A stretch of DNA of 63,968 bases, filler included, from Rhabdomonas costata (taxonomy: Eukaryota): assembly GCA_019059605.1 (NCBI GenBank). It is 47 parts of 47 records of this genome, joined end to end, with 100 filler letters (N's around TTAATTAATTAA, not from the genome) between each part and the next. Parts side by side here need not be neighbours in the genome. Positions count along the whole stretch, not along the records: positions 62,706 to 63,968 come from JAHMHO010021467.1; 46 more parts are not named here. One strand, given 5' to 3'. Positions within the stretch are counted from its first letter, which is position 1; each line of letters begins with the position of its first letter. Below are positions 62,709 through 63,968 of this stretch, in pieces. Below the pieces are notes generated by a model. The model made no database searches. It was not told the origin of the DNA and saw only the letters and a list, made by a program, of their open reading frames with translations. The translations under genes and the position numbers were made by a program.

Positions 62709-62812
62709 GTGTGGTATTAAAAGTGGTATTAAAAACTGACATCTGGTTTCGCTTCTGATTTACCAGTAGTTTTCACTTCAGTCAGTTTTTAATACCACTT
62801 TTAATACCACAC
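62709..62812. repeat. Inverted repeat, 32-bp arms, at the contig start; likely fold-back
   Basis: 62709..62740 is the reverse complement of 62781..62812. Confidence 0.8.
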
Positions 62813-63499
62813 TGATAATCGTTACCATCGCCATTTGGGCCTGTCGCTCGAAACATTTTCTTTCTTCCAAACCGTAGTGTGTCCACCACAACGTCAAGAA
62901 GCCCAACTCAGGTGTCCTTAGTGCTGTTCAACGGCCATCGTCCTCTGCGGCTCGGCTGTTCATTGTTGAGCTGGACCTTGCTTCCCTGCTGCTGGGGGAC
63001 CATGGAGTTGTCCCCGTGCTGGCGTTGGCTAAGGCATTGTTGCCAAAATCACCCCAGACGCACGCACCCACGCGCGCGACAGATTCTGGCAGAAGTTTTT
63101 CCCTGTTGAAAAATCATCATAAAAACGAAGGGAAAACTCTCACTTTTCCACTGTAATTAGATGTAGAAACTCACTTCACAGTCAATTTCATGGTGCGGTC
63201 TTGGCTATCCGGGTTGGGCTTGTTTGATGGCATGCTAAGTCAATACACTTGATCTTTCTCTCTTATTTGTTTCGTCGATTTACTCACCATGATTTTGAAA
63301 GTGTTAAGCCTCGTTAAGCCCCGAGTAATAATAAATACGAACCCCCTTCGCTGTGTGCGGCTCGAAGAAAACACGTCAAAGCGGCTGCTGAACTGAACCC
63401 ATCCGGCGCTCTGCTGACGGTCATGAAGCGTCATGCACGGCAATGCGGCTCGTGGGCACCTGATTTATACGACGGGAGCTTGGGTGTTTTTTACTGCAG

Positions 63500-63680
63500 G
63501 CATGTCCCAACTTGTCGTCGCTTGTCTTGGATTCCAACAACCTGGCAAACGCCGCGGCTTCCTCCATGCTTGAGTACCTCAAAGACCATCCCGCCCTAAC
63601 GTCGCTCAGCGTGGCCGAGAATGAGTTCTTCGAAGTCGCTGGTGGGATTCTGCTCCGGCTGCTGCAGCTGAACAGGCGCG
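63500..63680 (+). CDS. Exon with ribonuclease-inhibitor-type leucine-rich repeats
   Basis: CPNLSSLVLDSNNL..HPALTSLSVAENEF at 28-residue spacing; tgcag acceptor. Confidence 0.8.
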
Positions 63681-63968
63681 TCTGCGGTTCCTTCCCTCCA
63701 TCCTCCGTGAAATATTAACCCAGTTCAGACTCCCTGATTGTTTGGGAGGAGAGGTTCCCATCGGAGGTCAGGAGTGATCCGAGATGGTGCCAACTGGTTT
63801 GAATTCATCAGCTTCCAACTTTTGTGTGTGCTGGTAGGTTGTTGCCTCACACAAGCGGCACTCGAGGGCGAAAGCAGCGGGGCAAAAGGGTGGCTTGCAT
63901 TTGGTGGTCGCTAGTTTTTTGCACTCGTAAAAAACGTAAAAAGAAACGTATCCAGGTTCCCAAAAAAC

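Noticed and set aside
1-63968. Functional clustering of ubiquitin-related genes (USP, UBA, RING, RNF213-like)
   Set aside because: Contigs are size-sorted and unlinked, so adjacency has no biological meaning.

Overview
This window is not contiguous genome. It is 47 unrelated contigs of about 1.26 kb, joined by 46 artificial 100-bp spacers (N-run + TTAATTAATTAA + N-run). Most contigs start with G/T-only and end with C/A-only sequence, and five carry fold-back inverted repeats, which points to degenerate-primer whole-genome amplification. The DNA is from an intron-rich eukaryote, probably a euglenid (inference from GT-N-Y-G-C donor sites, a GH65 phosphorylase, a polypyrimidine/AG tract before an ATG, and many Cache/cyclase receptor fragments). 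Recognisable spliced gene fragments include a MAP2K-like kinase, a ubiquitin-specific protease, a class III cyclase, CFAP57, GH65, TM9SF, BMS1, CBF5/dyskerin, beta-carbonic anhydrase, MYG1, a TauE-like protein and a bacterial-type ManC. There are also C2, UBA, WD40 and LRR domains, a decayed Penelope-like reverse transcriptase and three dispersed repeat families. The most notable items are an intronless AIG1/GIMAP-type GTPase fused to a RING-H2 E3 domain (one -1 frameshift), a possible RNF213-like ORF, three GC-AG introns among about 23 fully captured introns, and an apparently expanded Cache-receptor/cyclase family. Because contigs are unlinked, no operon or synteny inference is possible. All product calls come from motif recognition, not database searches.
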